The translations under genes were made by a program, and so were the position numbers. 64,000 bases of DNA from the NCBI GenBank assembly GCA_904063045.1, contig CAJFCJ010000002.1:4149891-4213890 (forward strand). The letters run 5' to 3'. Source of the stretch: Dimorphilus gyrociliatus. Taxonomy: Eukaryota; Animalia; Annelida. Of this stretch, positions 1-13,700 are shown one piece after another; positions within the stretch are counted from its first letter, which is position 1, and each line of letters opens with the position of its first letter. The notes under the pieces are model-generated. The model saw only the letters and a program-made list of their open reading frames with translations. It did no database searches and had not been told where the DNA came from.

Positions 1-337
1 ATTAACATTTAGACTATCTTGTTTATATTACCTTCAGAATGTGTATTAATAATCTACTAACTAAACTGAGTGCTACTAATCAGGAAGTCTTTTAAATTGT
101 AATCATTAAACAATTACATTATCGCTCAGTAAAAATAATGAATTTTTGTTAAAATTAACTCGGAAAAATATTGAAATATTTTTGTTGTTTTAATTATATA
201 ATTCTATAATTAATTACTTGAAAAGGAATAGGAAAGAGTTTATTTATTGTTATATAATATTAATAGTATTATTGTCTTGACTGAGGCGACACTGGTATCA
301 GAAAACTAGGAACTGACAGGTCATTTACAAGAGAAAC

Positions 338-1690
338 ATGGCTGAATGCGATTATGTCTGTACACTGGAAGATAAATATATTAAGAAAGCTAAGGATGAA
401 CTTAATGAAATACCCAGCGATAGATTATCAGCTGTTAAAGCTCTAAGGGAATGGGTTAATGAGCAGAAGCATCTTACATTCAACACAGGTTTGTACTTAT
501 TTTATCTTTCAAATGCTGCTAAATACTTTTTTTAATTTATGTTTATTAACAGACACGCTAAATTTGATTAGAATTTTGAGACACAGCAAGTTTAGTCAAG
601 CTAAAGCAAGAGAGACAATTGAGAATGTGGCAAAGTTTATTTCAAAGTCTAGAACCTATTTCTCCAACTTGGATGCCGAAGATGACAAATGTCAGTCAAT
701 GCTTAGACGAGGGTAACTTTTAATTATTGTTTTGCATTAAACATATCAAATATTGAAAATATATCTTTTTAAATAGTCAGCTTATGCTATTACCTGGATA
801 TGATGATGATGGAAGAAAAGTAATGCTATATAAACTAAGTATTCAAATTTTAAAGTAGATTTATCAGGCCAGCACTAACACTTTTTCCTACCTTACTTAG
901 ATATGATACCTTTCGACGAGTACAAGAGAGATTATAAGTTTTCCGTAATGGTAAAAGTCATGAATACTGTATTTATATCCCTGATGGACGATGAAATGTT
1001 TCAAGTCAATGGTGTTGTGATGTTTTTCGACATGACCGGCGTTACTTTGAAAATGATTTCAACATTTAATGACCCAGAGTCTATTAAATACCATAAAGAC
1101 AGTCAGGTATATACAGTATATACATTATATATAATACTTTTTTCTGTAATATTTTTTGGGACTACTAACAACAATGATTTATTATTTTACCTAGAACGCC
1201 CAAGTAGGTCGACTAAAAGGTTTTCATTACTACAATATTGGAGGTCTCTTTGAAGCTATGTTTTCCATGTACAAACCGTTCATGAAGCAGAAGCATAAGG
1301 AAAGGGTAAATTATCTTGAATATTTCTTGAAAGATGACTTCTATAATTTACAATTGGTCTCATATTTAATAGTTACGTGTACATGAAACACTGGAATCAA
1401 TTTATCGATACATTCCCAAGAGAATGCTGCCTAACGAATATTTACCGGATGACTATGACGGACCAAGAGCTGGATCTCTTGTAGAGATTGGAGGTAATGA
1501 ATACACTAGATCTCTTTACTTCGCAAAAGTCTCTAAGTTTAATTGTTTTTCAGCTCAAACAGCGGACGCAATACTTAAAAAGAGAGAGAAAATCCTAGAT
1601 TTTACTGATCCAAAGCACATATCCTATGATGAAAGTAAAAAACCATCAGCTGAACCCCTTCAACATTTTAGAAAACTCAATATTGATTAG
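338..1690 (+). CDS. CRAL-TRIO domain lipid-binding protein (alpha-tocopherol transfer protein/clavesin-like), tandem copy A, 315 aa
   Basis: 7 exons 338-488, 553-712, 777-838, 901-1106, 1195-1305, 1373-1493, 1554-1690, all GT-AG and phase-consistent (948 nt). Motifs: AKDELNE..., LIRILRHSKF (CRAL N-terminal), QVNGVVMFFDMTG, RLKGFHYYN, PKRMLPNEY and C-terminal FRKLNID, typical of the TTPA/clavesin family. Confidence 0.93.
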
Positions 1691-2197
1691 ATGTATAAGT
1701 AATACATAGTGCAATGATATATGTTCTTTTATTTACAAAAATTAAAATATATTTTAAAACTACTCTATTTTCTTTAACGTTTGAGAATGTTTAGTCATAG
1801 CCATCAATTCTTGACGTGTTCACTTCCAAAACTACAATTGTGACCATTAGTCACCTAATCTATATGGAGTTAGGAAATTTGCCATATTTTTTACGACCAT
1901 ATTTCACAATATGCTTGTGAAAATCGATAAGAAAAGCAGTTTATTTACCTGGGGATACCTAGGCTTAATTATCCTAAAGAAACAATTCATTCTATATTTC
2001 CTATATTATCGTTCAAGTAACTTTAATATTTTGTTTTTTAAATCAAACGAAAAATTCCATTACTATATTATAAATTTATGATATATTCATAACATTCAAG
2101 TAATTGAATTTCTTAACATTAACATAAATTTCGCAACATTACAAGATCAGCCTATCTTGCATAAATTACAAGAAACTTGGTGATTTGTGTCAGCAAA

Positions 2198-3510
2198 ATG
2201 GAGGACGACTATACGTGTTCGTTAGATGAGAAATCTATAAAAAAAGCTAAAGATGAGTTAAATGAAATACCTAGTGATAGATTGGCAGCTGTTCAAGCTT
2301 TAAGAGAATGGGTTAATGATCAAAAACATTTACGGATTGATACTAGTAGGATGTTAATATTAATACTCCATGATACTTTAAATAAATCCTTACCCTTTTT
2401 AGATACCGGTAATCTACTAAGGTTTCTAAGACATGCGAAATTTAGTCAAGCTAAAGCTAGAGAAACGATTGAAAATGTTTTAAAATTTTTTGGCAAAAAT
2501 TTACAGTTTATAGCAGACATTGATACTCACGACAAGAAATTACAAGAAGTATTGAAACTTGGGTAGGTTTGTCATAAACCTTTTCTTATATCACTACTTA
2601 TTTATCTATCTCTTGATCAGACAAATAGTCGTCTTACCAGGTTATGATGACGAAGGGAGAAGAATTATTCTCTACAGATTGAGTATGCATTTTACTTGAC
2701 TCTCTTTCAAGTTTCAATGTTTTATTTAACATATTTAATTTTAACCTTATAGCTGCTATCACACCCAGTGAAATAAAAAAAAAGTGGTCACCTGAGTTAC
2801 TCATTAGATCTTGGAATGCTACATTTTTATCAATGATGTCTGATGAAATATGTCAAGTTAACGGGATACTAATTTTTGCCGATATGACTGGCTTAAGCTT
2901 AAAATTAATTGCTGGACTGAGTGATCCTGTCATGATGAAGTATCATAAAGAGGCACAGGTGAGATTATTCGATGTTTGAATTTTTAGAATCTAAAAAACT
3001 TAGTATAAACTTTAAAACGCAGAATGCTCAAGTTGGAAGAATGAAGGGTTTTCATTACTACAATGTTGGTGGACTGTTTGAAGCTTTCTTCGCTCTATAC
3101 AAACCTTACATGAAACAGAAGCATAGAGAAAGAGTTAGTTTGTTTCCTTTTGACAGGAAAATATTTATTTCATGATTTTTACATAATCAGATCCGTGTCC
3201 ACGAGACTCTCGAGTCAGTTTATGAGGTAATTCCCAAGCGAATGCTACCTCTAGAATATTTACCCGACGATTACTCTGGTCCCAATGCTGGGACAATTGA
3301 AAAGATTATAGGTAAATGAAGAATTGGAATATACTGATGTTCATCAAATCTATAAACTTCTTTTCTTCAGATGATCAATTGAAAGTCTTAGTTTCAGAAA
3401 GAGATCAAATTCTTCAGAAAACGAATAGAAGAACCTTATTCTATGATGAAACTTTGAAACCTAAAACAGAAGAGCCTCTACAGCACTTTAGAAAATTAAA
3501 TGTTGACTAG
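2198..3510 (+). CDS. CRAL-TRIO domain lipid-binding protein, tandem copy B, 315 aa
   Basis: 7 exons 2198-2345, 2403-2562, 2621-2682, 2753-2958, 3023-3133, 3191-3311, 3371-3510 (948 nt). Internal exon sizes are identical to copy A. Motifs LLRFLRHAKF, QVNGILIFADMTG, FRKLNVD. Confidence 0.93.
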
Positions 3511-4442
3511 TCATTTCCTTCCATAGAAGTTACAACATATCTTGGATTTTCAGTAATTACTCTATCATTGTTACTACAATACTATAGAAAATATACATAT
3601 TTTTGCGATGCTTACTAAAAAAACAACTACTAAGGTTTTCAAAAGAAAAATAGAAATATGCTCTAATAGATCAAAACATCAATTTAGGACTTTGAACCGT
3701 GTATCACAGGTGTTAGATAAAGATATCATATTATTTACTATTGAAGTAATTTATGTATTCTCCAAACAATAGAATTTTGCTAATCTCTATCACTAGAAAA
3801 TTACAAATACAGAATTTTCAATCGCTTAATAATTAGACAAGAAGGAGAGAGACAGAAGGACAAAGGCGAAACTTTTTTTGAAGAAAAAAGTCTTGAGAAA
3901 CTTTTTTTTTTTTAATAAAAAAAAGATTTATAATAAATATGAATATAAAACTTATAAAACACTTTATTTTTATGTTTATAGTTTAAAAATAACGCAAAAA
4001 ATTCTTTTGATAAAATAATTAAATGTATTTCGTTTTATCACAAAAATTAAAAACTCTGTTAAGATATTTTCTAGAAAAAAAAAAGAAAAATCTATGAAAT
4101 GGATGAAGAAAATATTTACAATGAATTCTTTAAAATAAGAAGTTTTTGTCTTCGATATTGAAAAAAATTAATTGATTTAATTTTTGTTCATACTTTTTTC
4201 TTTTTTCGTTTCAGAGCTGTAAAAAAAAAAAGTCTTCTAAGCATCTTTAATTGAGGTCACTATTTAACTGCTAAAGGGGAAAAGATTGTAAGATAATCTA
4301 ATACTTAAATAATGGAATATAAAAAAAATAGCAAAAAAAACTGTCACAAGATAAAACAATGTAAAATTTTGGTAGTTTGAAGTTTTTGTAGAAAAAGAAT
4401 ATTTTTACAATTTACGCTTTAAAAACAGAGAGTTGAACACAG

Positions 4443-7400
4443 TTAAGAGTAAGCCATAACCTCGCACAAAACCGCTGAAAAAACTTTAGACCATCTATCC
4501 TCAGCTCCTTCAGCTTCGATGTACAAATATCTACCATTCATTGGTTTCATACATTCAATATGTATTCGTCGTTGGAAAAGGGCTTCATTAACGCTTGTAA
4601 CATAACCACATTTATTCGATTCCTTTGCAATTTTTTCTACCTTTTTCGATCTTCTCTTTTCTGAACTAACGTATACTGTTAACTTTCTTAAATTTCTCAT
4701 ATAATCGTAATAAGATGATTTAACTGGTGAATTTGTTTTCAAATTCTTTCCCTGCCAAGTTACAATTACAACACCTGAAATAGGTGTACTGTGTCCTAAA
4801 TCCACCATCCAAAAAGGTCTAGAAACGTAGAAATTATCTAATATTGTACAATGGTGTATAGACTGATTCTCATCACCGTCAACGGCTCTTTGAGCTTGAT
4901 TTGAACCACTCCATTCACCGACATGACGTTTAAAATGGCGTTTATTATTGACATACGATTTTCTTCCGTAAGCTATATTTTCGACGCATGGAGAATCTTC
5001 TGCTACTCGAAGATAACCTTTTTGACAAATTCCATTTTGTGGACAACCGAAAACTCCTGCTCTCATACAAGGTTGTTTTCCCTTCCATTTCGTAGGATAG
5101 AATCGAATGAATCTTGCCTTGAAAGGAGACGCAAAATAGTGACGTCTCTCTGTATATTTGTCTGTATTAGCCGTAAAGGAATAATCATTCCCACTCTCAG
5201 AATAGTTATACCACGGACCAGTCGTACTGTTTGCGTAAGAAATATTAAAATGTGTGACCCAGCGTTTCTTGCGAAACTCTCCTAATCCTTTAGTTGAGAC
5301 AGCGGTGAGTATTGTAGGCGGTCCAACATCAATTTGCAACCAGGGTTGTTCTTTAAAAGATATACAAAAGTTACTGTCATTCATTAAAACAAGAGATGGC
5401 GCCACGAAACCGAATGGCTATCCAACTTTTACAAAAGTTACTTTGTATACGTATGTAAGGATATTTAAGGCGGAAATGGGCGTAAATGTATATAAATATT
5501 AAAATATCCTTTAAAAAAAGAGTTTACGAAAATAGCCTATTATATCTATTAGAAATGAAAAATATTTGTCTAAATATAGGCCTACACATCTGTCGTACAG
5601 ATTCCCATAATTTTTTTCGGTTTCAATTATAGCCAAATATAGTAAAACTATTTAAAAAAGAATATTATTTACTGTCACTCTTTTGGGCGCACCAAGCTCC
5701 CTTCGTCAATAAATATGAATCCTGAGCAGTTCCACTAATGGAAGGTGAATTTCTTTTATTAGGTGAGGATTCCGAAGAAGCCGTCGTTTTGGCGTAAGGC
5801 GGCAACGCTAAAGGCTGTTTACAAGCTGTAAAAACACAAAGAAAATAAGATCTCTCTCTTATATATGAATTAAGCGCAATCTAAAAGTATTTTATTACTT
5901 CGACTAGCCGATTTTATGACATTTAAAAGTGAGAAAAAATTTTTAATAAATTTTTAATAAAAAAATATTGCAACCAGTTCAACCTTTTTTTTTGTCATTC
6001 AAGGCCATTTATATGCTCTCTCTCTCTCCAAAATAATATATATTACTGTATATATTATTTGATATTGGATCCTCTTTTGCTGGTTTCTTGTTAAACATCA
6101 AAAAGAAAAATAGAACTACTTAAGGAAACTGTTTCCTGTTTATATATAGAGTATTATTTCTCCTCTCTCCGTCTTCCTTCTCCTCTTCCCTTCCACCCAC
6201 CCCCCTTCGCCTCCTCATCATTACATACGCATAAAATAGGACAGAATTTATAAATAGTTTAATTTTGTCATGATCAGTTACAGTATAAGTTTCCGTTTAA
6301 ATATTTGCAACAAAATATTTGAAGCTCTTTCGCACGAATATTATTTGAGATTTGTTTGCATTTGATTCTTAAAAATTCTTTATTAGGCCTTTTTCCTTGT
6401 AACTTATTTAGTAGAGTATATAAATGGTCCTCTCAAGACGGATTTCTCTAACAAAAGAAACTTCTTTCGCAGCTGATCCTTAACCTTTATATATTTAAAT
6501 TTCTGCTTTAAATATGTAATAATGTAATGCAAAAAGAGCATCTCGTGTTTTTCTTTGAGTTTATTTTTTCTCTTTTGCATTAATATCGAAAGAAACGGAA
6601 GTAAGTTGTTTGTTATAAAATTAAATTTTGCATGTTTTACAAGTCGAATATGCTTAAAAGGTGTTCTTTAAGAATTGTTATTCATTTGTAGATAAATATC
6701 TCGCATAAGCTTTTAATCATACGTGATCAAAGTGGCATATCGACCGGCCGAAACAGGCCGCTATTTTTAGTGAAATATTTCCATCTAATAATAAAACAAA
6801 TCGACCATTTGATAGATAACAGTTATCAAGAGTTTGTTTACAAAGATATATCCTTTTTTCGCCCCCTTATAGTATATTATTTTGTACACAAAAGAATAAG
6901 AAAAAGAGAATATATTCCTTAAGAATGTTGTTTATCGCTTTATAAATTATTAATTCATTGGCCAATAAATTAGTTAATAACTAATATTAATTAATCATTA
7001 AGTCACTTGAAAGTTTTTCGAGCATACAAGATACTGTCATTAACGGACAGTCAACTGTGTATAAAAACTCTTGGCGAACGTCTTACGATTTATGTATGAT
7101 AAATGCCCTATTGACGGATTGAAAGCGCCTAAATGTTCTATAACGTATAAAAAAGGCGCTTAATAAAACTTCTATTAGTGACTGAAAACTGTTATACTTA
7201 CGTTGGCATCCTAATATTTCTACTCTCATACTCGGATGTCCCTTCCAACTGATAGTATGGAATCTTAAGAATCGCCCAATGACTGGTTTATCAATGTACG
7301 AGTGCCTGACTGAACATGAGTCGATATTGCCCTCGAAAAGCCGATGATTGTCGTATGCATCATTCACATACTTCCAGTGGAAAGCATCGTGACTATAGGA

Positions 7401-10400
7401 AATCTTAAAGGAAGTTACCCATTCTCTTCCGTCGCAACGACCCTGGGTCATGACACCTGAAAGAAATGAATGAATTTAAATGACAACGAAAATTAGAGGC
7501 CAAGTCAACAATTCAAAGCTTGAAGTGAACATTTTTGACAAGTGCGCATCGGATGAACGATATGTTAGAAAACTTTATAGAACGTTTTATTTATATGGGT
7601 TCTTTTCGTTTTTAACGACTCGCGAGCTTTTCGCTTTGAGATTGATTTCTTTAAATATCTTCACCCAACCTATTCTTCTCTCTTATCTATCATGCTCTTT
7701 TTACACATTATTTCTTTTCAATTTTCGTTTCATCCCATTATTTTTACTTACTCTACCACTTTACCTTGCGTGAAAAATCATACGGGTCTATTGAATCATA
7801 TAGAAAACCATTGTCACGTGATGTTGTTATATTTATTTTGGAACGGTTTGTAATTAAGTTTTTTGAATGAGTTTATAGTGAGAGCCTGTTCAATTTTTCT
7901 ATATACATAAGTATGATATATCAAACTTTAAATGTCAGCTATACGTATATAAATAGAGAGTGTATAAATATATATATACATATATATATATGTATATATA
8001 TATACTGTATAATGCACACACATACACACACATACATACACACACACAAGCACACATATACAAGTATGAACACAATATGATATTCGTTTTATAATATTAA
8101 ATCCTGTTGAACGTCACGTGACCGTCTAAAAATTTGATACTTTGAGGACATTTACCGCCTACCAATAGTTGTTTATTGGTAAAATATAGAGAAATTTTGA
8201 TCATTCATTCAAAGTTCTATTAGATTGGTAAAGATTTTCGCTTAAAACGTATTATAAACAGCTTTGAAGTTTGAAGCTATTCTCTACCTGTCAAAAGGAC
8301 GTTGATTTCAGCCCATAGTTAGTTTATATAACCTTCTCAAGTCTTGAGAAAATATTTCAACCTTTTTATAACTAATTCTGTACCTTTAACCTTTTACTTA
8401 CAATTAACTAATTTACTTGATTTCTATACCGTATATGATATAAGGTATTTGTAAATTTGACAGAAATACTGATCAACAATAGGAGATCAAATTATCAAGC
8501 ACAAAGTGTCAATTATAGTTTGCATCCATAAAAGAGCGGTAGGGACGTCGCTTTAGGGGGAAATAATTAAAAAAGACTACTCTTCATCCCTTATAAAAAT
8601 CAATTTTAAACAAGAACGTTTAAATGTTATTAGTTGAATGTTTTTTATCTATTGAATAATAAACTTTACTATTTGATGAGGAAAATTTTATGGATAGTCA
8701 CACACCCTAGACTGGGTTTTTATGCAGATAAAATGATACTAAATCGTTGCCTGGTATTGCTATTTCTGTCAATAAATATTTAAAAATGATATATAGGGTA
8801 TTTATATATATATATATATATAGCAGATATATCTTCCCTTTACCTTCCCTCATAGTCACTCTCTCTCTCTTTTTTTTTATCTCTCTATCTATTGCTCTCT
8901 TATAAATTGTGATTGCTTTTATGTTTATAAACAAATATCCTTTAAGCTGTATATATGCGCATTAAACGATACCTTAACCGATAATTTGCACAGTTTTTAA
9001 CCTATTCACCTATATTTTTATACGGTACTTAAAAAAATTAGGATTTTGTTAAGGGATTTATAAATTAATCAAAAATTCCTTTAAACTATTAACTATTTGA
9101 ATCTTATACGCTTTATTAAACTCTAAATGGCATGTGAAATTAAATTAGCATTAAAGAGGAAGTGCTTCTTTTCTTGCAAATTTCCATAACAATGCTTGAT
9201 TTATTACCAACAGACATGCTGTATATTTTGCAGTTGACAAAGGAAAAGACAACTTAAAATCTATGTCGCTTAAATAAACTATATTTATAAAGAAAAAAGA
9301 TCGCATTAATTATTCGCCTATATAAAAATGTTACAATTGAAACTTTGTCGCTTGAAAAGGAGAACTAGGCCTTAGTAGTAATTGCTCAAAATTCAATTTC
9401 ACCATTGTTCACCTTATCAAGAACGTCAAGACGAATGAAGAAGAAGCTTCAAAGGATTGAAAAGGATGTTAATGGAGATGATAGGGAGAGAAAGAAATTG
9501 TCTAGGCTGAAATATATATTTAAGAAATTCAAAAAAGTTTATTGTTTATATAATAAAATAACAAATAGAATATTTATTAATGACTTTGCTTAGTTTTTGC
9601 TAATACTTAATATAGTAGTAATAATAAGCAGTTTAATAGAGCGCATGACTCTCAATTCTGTATAAACACATTCGCTCTCTAAATACTTTTCGTTTTCACA
9701 CGCTTCAGCTTACTATTTGCATATTACGTTTTTCTAAGCTTTTAACTCTTTAATTTCTTCTTGTAAAAAGTTGAATAGTTGTAAAAAAAAAACATAAAAA
9801 AAGCTCAACTATTTCAAATATTTCCGGCTATTAACAAGTTTACACTATTTAAAAATAAACTACAAAAAGAAAGCTTACTTTTTATAAGATGTTTTTAAAG
9901 ATTTCATATAAATATGCATATATTATAAATATACAGTATATATATATATGTATTCAACACTTTCTGTCTTTCTCTCTTTCTCTTACTTTTTTCTCTTTGA
10001 ACAAATAAAAACATAGCTTGATTCCGTTTGTTCAAAAATATTTATATTAACCGTTTACTTATGTGTTTTCTACTCTTGTCTGAAAGGAACTACAGACTTT
10101 TTTCATTTAACAATATAACTTTGATTATTTTAAACAGTTCATTTTTAAAGTTTTGCTTTTATTATAAGATTTATTTACATAGAAAAAAAAGTTTTACTTC
10201 GCACTTATTCGATAATGATGACTTCAATATTTGCTTTTGAAAAAACAAGCAATCAACTAATTTTCTATTTGTTTGATGGATTTTTATAGATTCGATAGAA
10301 TAGGGAAGAAAAAGAAGAGGAATAGAGGGAGGGGGAGAGGTAAAAACAGATTGAAGAAGAGTAAAGTGGAAAAGAGAACAACATTTGTAAACTGATATTT

Positions 10401-10721
10401 ATGAATATAAATAATTTTGAAAAAAAGTAGTAATAATAAAATTCTTTTACCGCTTATACTTGCCGCCACACCCAAGTCTACTTGAATCCATTCGGAGGGA
10501 CTTTTTCTCTTGGCGCACCATGCCTTTGTTCCAGTTTCGTAAACTCTGGCATAGTTTGTTGAGCAGTATCTATCCCAGCGATTTGGGTATGAACTCGAAG
10601 CGGATATTTGCCAACTTCGTATATCTTCAGTGATCAATCCCAATGGTTCACTTCTTGAACAGTGCCATGCTTTTGACGATGAAAAAAGCATTAAAATTAA
10701 TGTTATCCTTGCACACGACAT
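4443..10721 (-). CDS. Secreted protein with two F5/8 type C (discoidin) domains and a C-terminal F-type-lectin-like domain, 528 aa
   Basis: Exons 10721-10451, 7456-7202, 5825-5673, 5350-4443, all phase 1 GT-AG (1587 nt). Signal peptide MSCARITLILMLFSSSKA. Discoidin motifs AWCAK...EWIQVDLG, GVMTQGR, RFLRFH...W...SMRVEILGC, then PWLQIDVG, AVSTKG, ARFIRFYP..W....CMRAGVFGC. Then NIAYGRKS...AQRAVDG...HCT...PFWMVDLG...LCEVMAY (fucolectin-like). Confidence 0.9.
7969..8058. repeat. Compound (TA)n/(CA)n microsatellite
   Basis: Directly visible dinucleotide tracts inside an intron of the discoidin gene. Confidence 0.9.
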
Positions 10722-13700
10722 TTTTTCCCTAGTATAAAGAGTTATGTATAAATATATTCAAACACTTCCTAGCACTGCTCTCAGCAGACGTTTGAAAAAT
10801 CCCTCTTTTCATAAAAGAGCGCCGCCCAACGAGAATTTTTATCGGAAGTCACGTGACCCAGATATAATTTTTAGGTATATACATGAAAATATTTTGAGGG
10901 TGGCATTTAGGTTAGATTGTTCAAGTTTTTCAAAGTTCTCATGGCATGGATTGTCCGCTTGAACGACTATTAATTATTCATAGCAGGGCCCGCTGTCAAG
11001 GCAGCTTATTGACATAACTGAAGAAATCTTAACGATTTGTTAATTCAGTTTTAGATATAATCTAAATGTTCTCATTAATCCGTTAATCCATAGAGGAGGT
11101 AAAATAAAAAACCAGCGATTTTTGAAAGTGATAAGAATAATGATTGAAGAGCTTATAAGTACTTTGTAAAGTATGAAATTATAAGTTGAAAAATGTAATG
11201 AAATAGATGACGCAGTTACAATTTAGGTAAAAGAATTTAATTGTATATTCAGTGGCTCTTAATCTTCTCTTTTATATAAATTGAAAACAGTTTTTTTTCC
11301 TTTAGATATTTACAATAATACGCATCTTTTAAAGTAAACACCGAAAAATTTAGTAAAACTTTTATAAAGTTTCCATGTTCATTCTACCATTTAAAAATCT
11401 ATTAGAAATGAATTAAAAACGCATAATAAAAAATGAAGTAAATGCATTATGATAAAAAAATAACAAAATAAAACAAAGAATGATAAAATGAAGGAAGAAG
11501 AGTAAATTGATTTAGTAAACGATTTTATAAATTCAATGCAGATGATGATAAATTCATGAATATTATTCTATCTTTCTATACTATACTAAAAACATTTTAT
11601 ATTCAATTAAAATAACGTTTCAGTCTCTTTTCTCTCTGTTTTGCCTTTCTCTATAAATAAATTGTACAAATATATAAAATAGAAAAAATAGGTAAACGTT
11701 TAGAATTAGCTATAAAAAAAGTTAAAACAAGTACCGTAAATGGTAATAAATTATACAAATAAGGAAATGTGCGTATTTTATTATACATAGTAAAAACATT
11801 TCATCCTCTTCGAAATACTGTTAAATTCAAGCAGTGAGCAGTTCCTTTGAAGGTTTGTAAATAATTTCTTATATTACCTGAATTCTAAACCCAATTTCAG
11901 GCATGAGTCGCTTGATTATTCAAGAGAGAGAGAGAGAGAGAGCAAAAGAAGAAGAAAATTCCCCTTTATGAAATCTCTATTTAGGAAAAAAATTATGTAG
12001 ACCCTAATCTATTTTACACTAGAGATAAGACAGTGATTCTCCTCCGTTAAAGTAGGAATAAACGTGTATTCTATGTTCTATATGTCCTCCAACTATTATT
12101 TATATACATAAAAGAATAAATTAAAAAAATGATGGAGGTAGAATTTTTTTCTTTTATTCTTTCTAACAAAGAGGGAGGATCAATAGGGAACTATTGGTTC
12201 TTTTCATAGAAGAGGGACGGAAAAGAAGAAGCTTGGAAAAAAAAATTTAGCCATTTAAAGGCTTAATTGGACGTATAGTGTTTGACAATCAGACAATGCA
12301 TTCAAGCATTGACAGCTAAATGACGGCATGAGAATCATAAGGAGTTTGTATACTGTTAATAATCCAATATAACCATTGTATTAATTCTTTTCTTTATATA
12401 GATATACTTGAATATATAATATAAATATAGCCAAATAAAACCTAGAATAACTTTAGCAACATATCGCAAATCGGTTCGTACCTTTAGTGAGCAAAGCCTA
12501 AAAAACTTTATCGGAATATCTGAATAGTATAGAGATTTTAAGAAGAGATAAATTGAATATTCTCAACACCCACATGCCAAATATTATTCACTTTTATTCA
12601 AACACAAGAAATATATATTTATATAAATATATAAATAAATATACTGTATATATATATTAGAAAATGCGCGCGTTCCCATGAGCTGTCTTTTGGGACGCCG
12701 TTTATGCTAATCCATTTTCATGGCTGACTGGATTTGATAGCCTATTTGTGTAATTGGAGAAAACAAGGGAAAAATTACTTTATAATATACTTTTAGACAC
12801 AATCAAATAAACGAATGCATGTATCCTGAGTATGTAATAAATAAACTTGGGAGTATGCTATTGCTGTAAACAGTAGTATACTTGCATACTTACTTAGTCG
12901 CTAGTAAAGACAGGGGGAAGATTGAATTTGAACAAAGGCTATATTATCTTGGACAGAGAAATTTACATACAAAGATAAAAACTAGCGTCTTGTGTCATAA
13001 AATGCTTGTATATCCTCCCAATGAAAACAAACCGCCGTTAATAAGGTATGCAAAAAGAGACAGGGAGAAACTGGGGAGGTGGAGAAGGAGGGGTGGGGGT
13101 TTAAAGCGCCGCGGGTGAAAACACGTGAAAAATAGGCCTGAATATCAATTTCAGACAATAATGCAAACAACTTGTAGAAAGTATTTGCTTGTTTGAAGTC
13201 AAATTTTATTGATTTGAAATTATATTGATTATGTTTTCACAGCTACTAAGTGCTTATTATTTGCACTGGAAGGACTTGAATATATATGCCTTCTGTGTAT
13301 TCCTTAGGCCGATATTCAAGACATGGGATTGGATTCATCGGGGCGGAAAATTTCCAAATTCTTTCGTCGTTTTAACGCTACTTAATTTTGTCTGTAGGTA
13401 ATGAAAAATCGCCTGAAAAAGTGTTCAAATTTCTTTTGCTCAAAATTTTAGCTTTCATTTTCTTTGACCTTTTTTTACAAAACAATGCAGGCGTGCCGAC
13501 AGGTGCTTGCCTTTTTCTATAGAATCAATCTTCACTCTTTGTCATCAATAGATGTCGTTTGTTAAGCCAAAAAAAATTCTTAAAAAAATTTTGCTTTATA
13601 GCAATGCTATGCTGCCATCTGCAGGGAATATTGTTTATTAATTTTAATATTATTTGTAACGAAGTCCATGTGGTTAAAAATCTAAATTACCGATGACTTA

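Noticed and set aside
4923-5502. Plus-strand ORFs of 120 and 82 aa
   Set aside because: Antisense shadows of the discoidin gene's long last exon.
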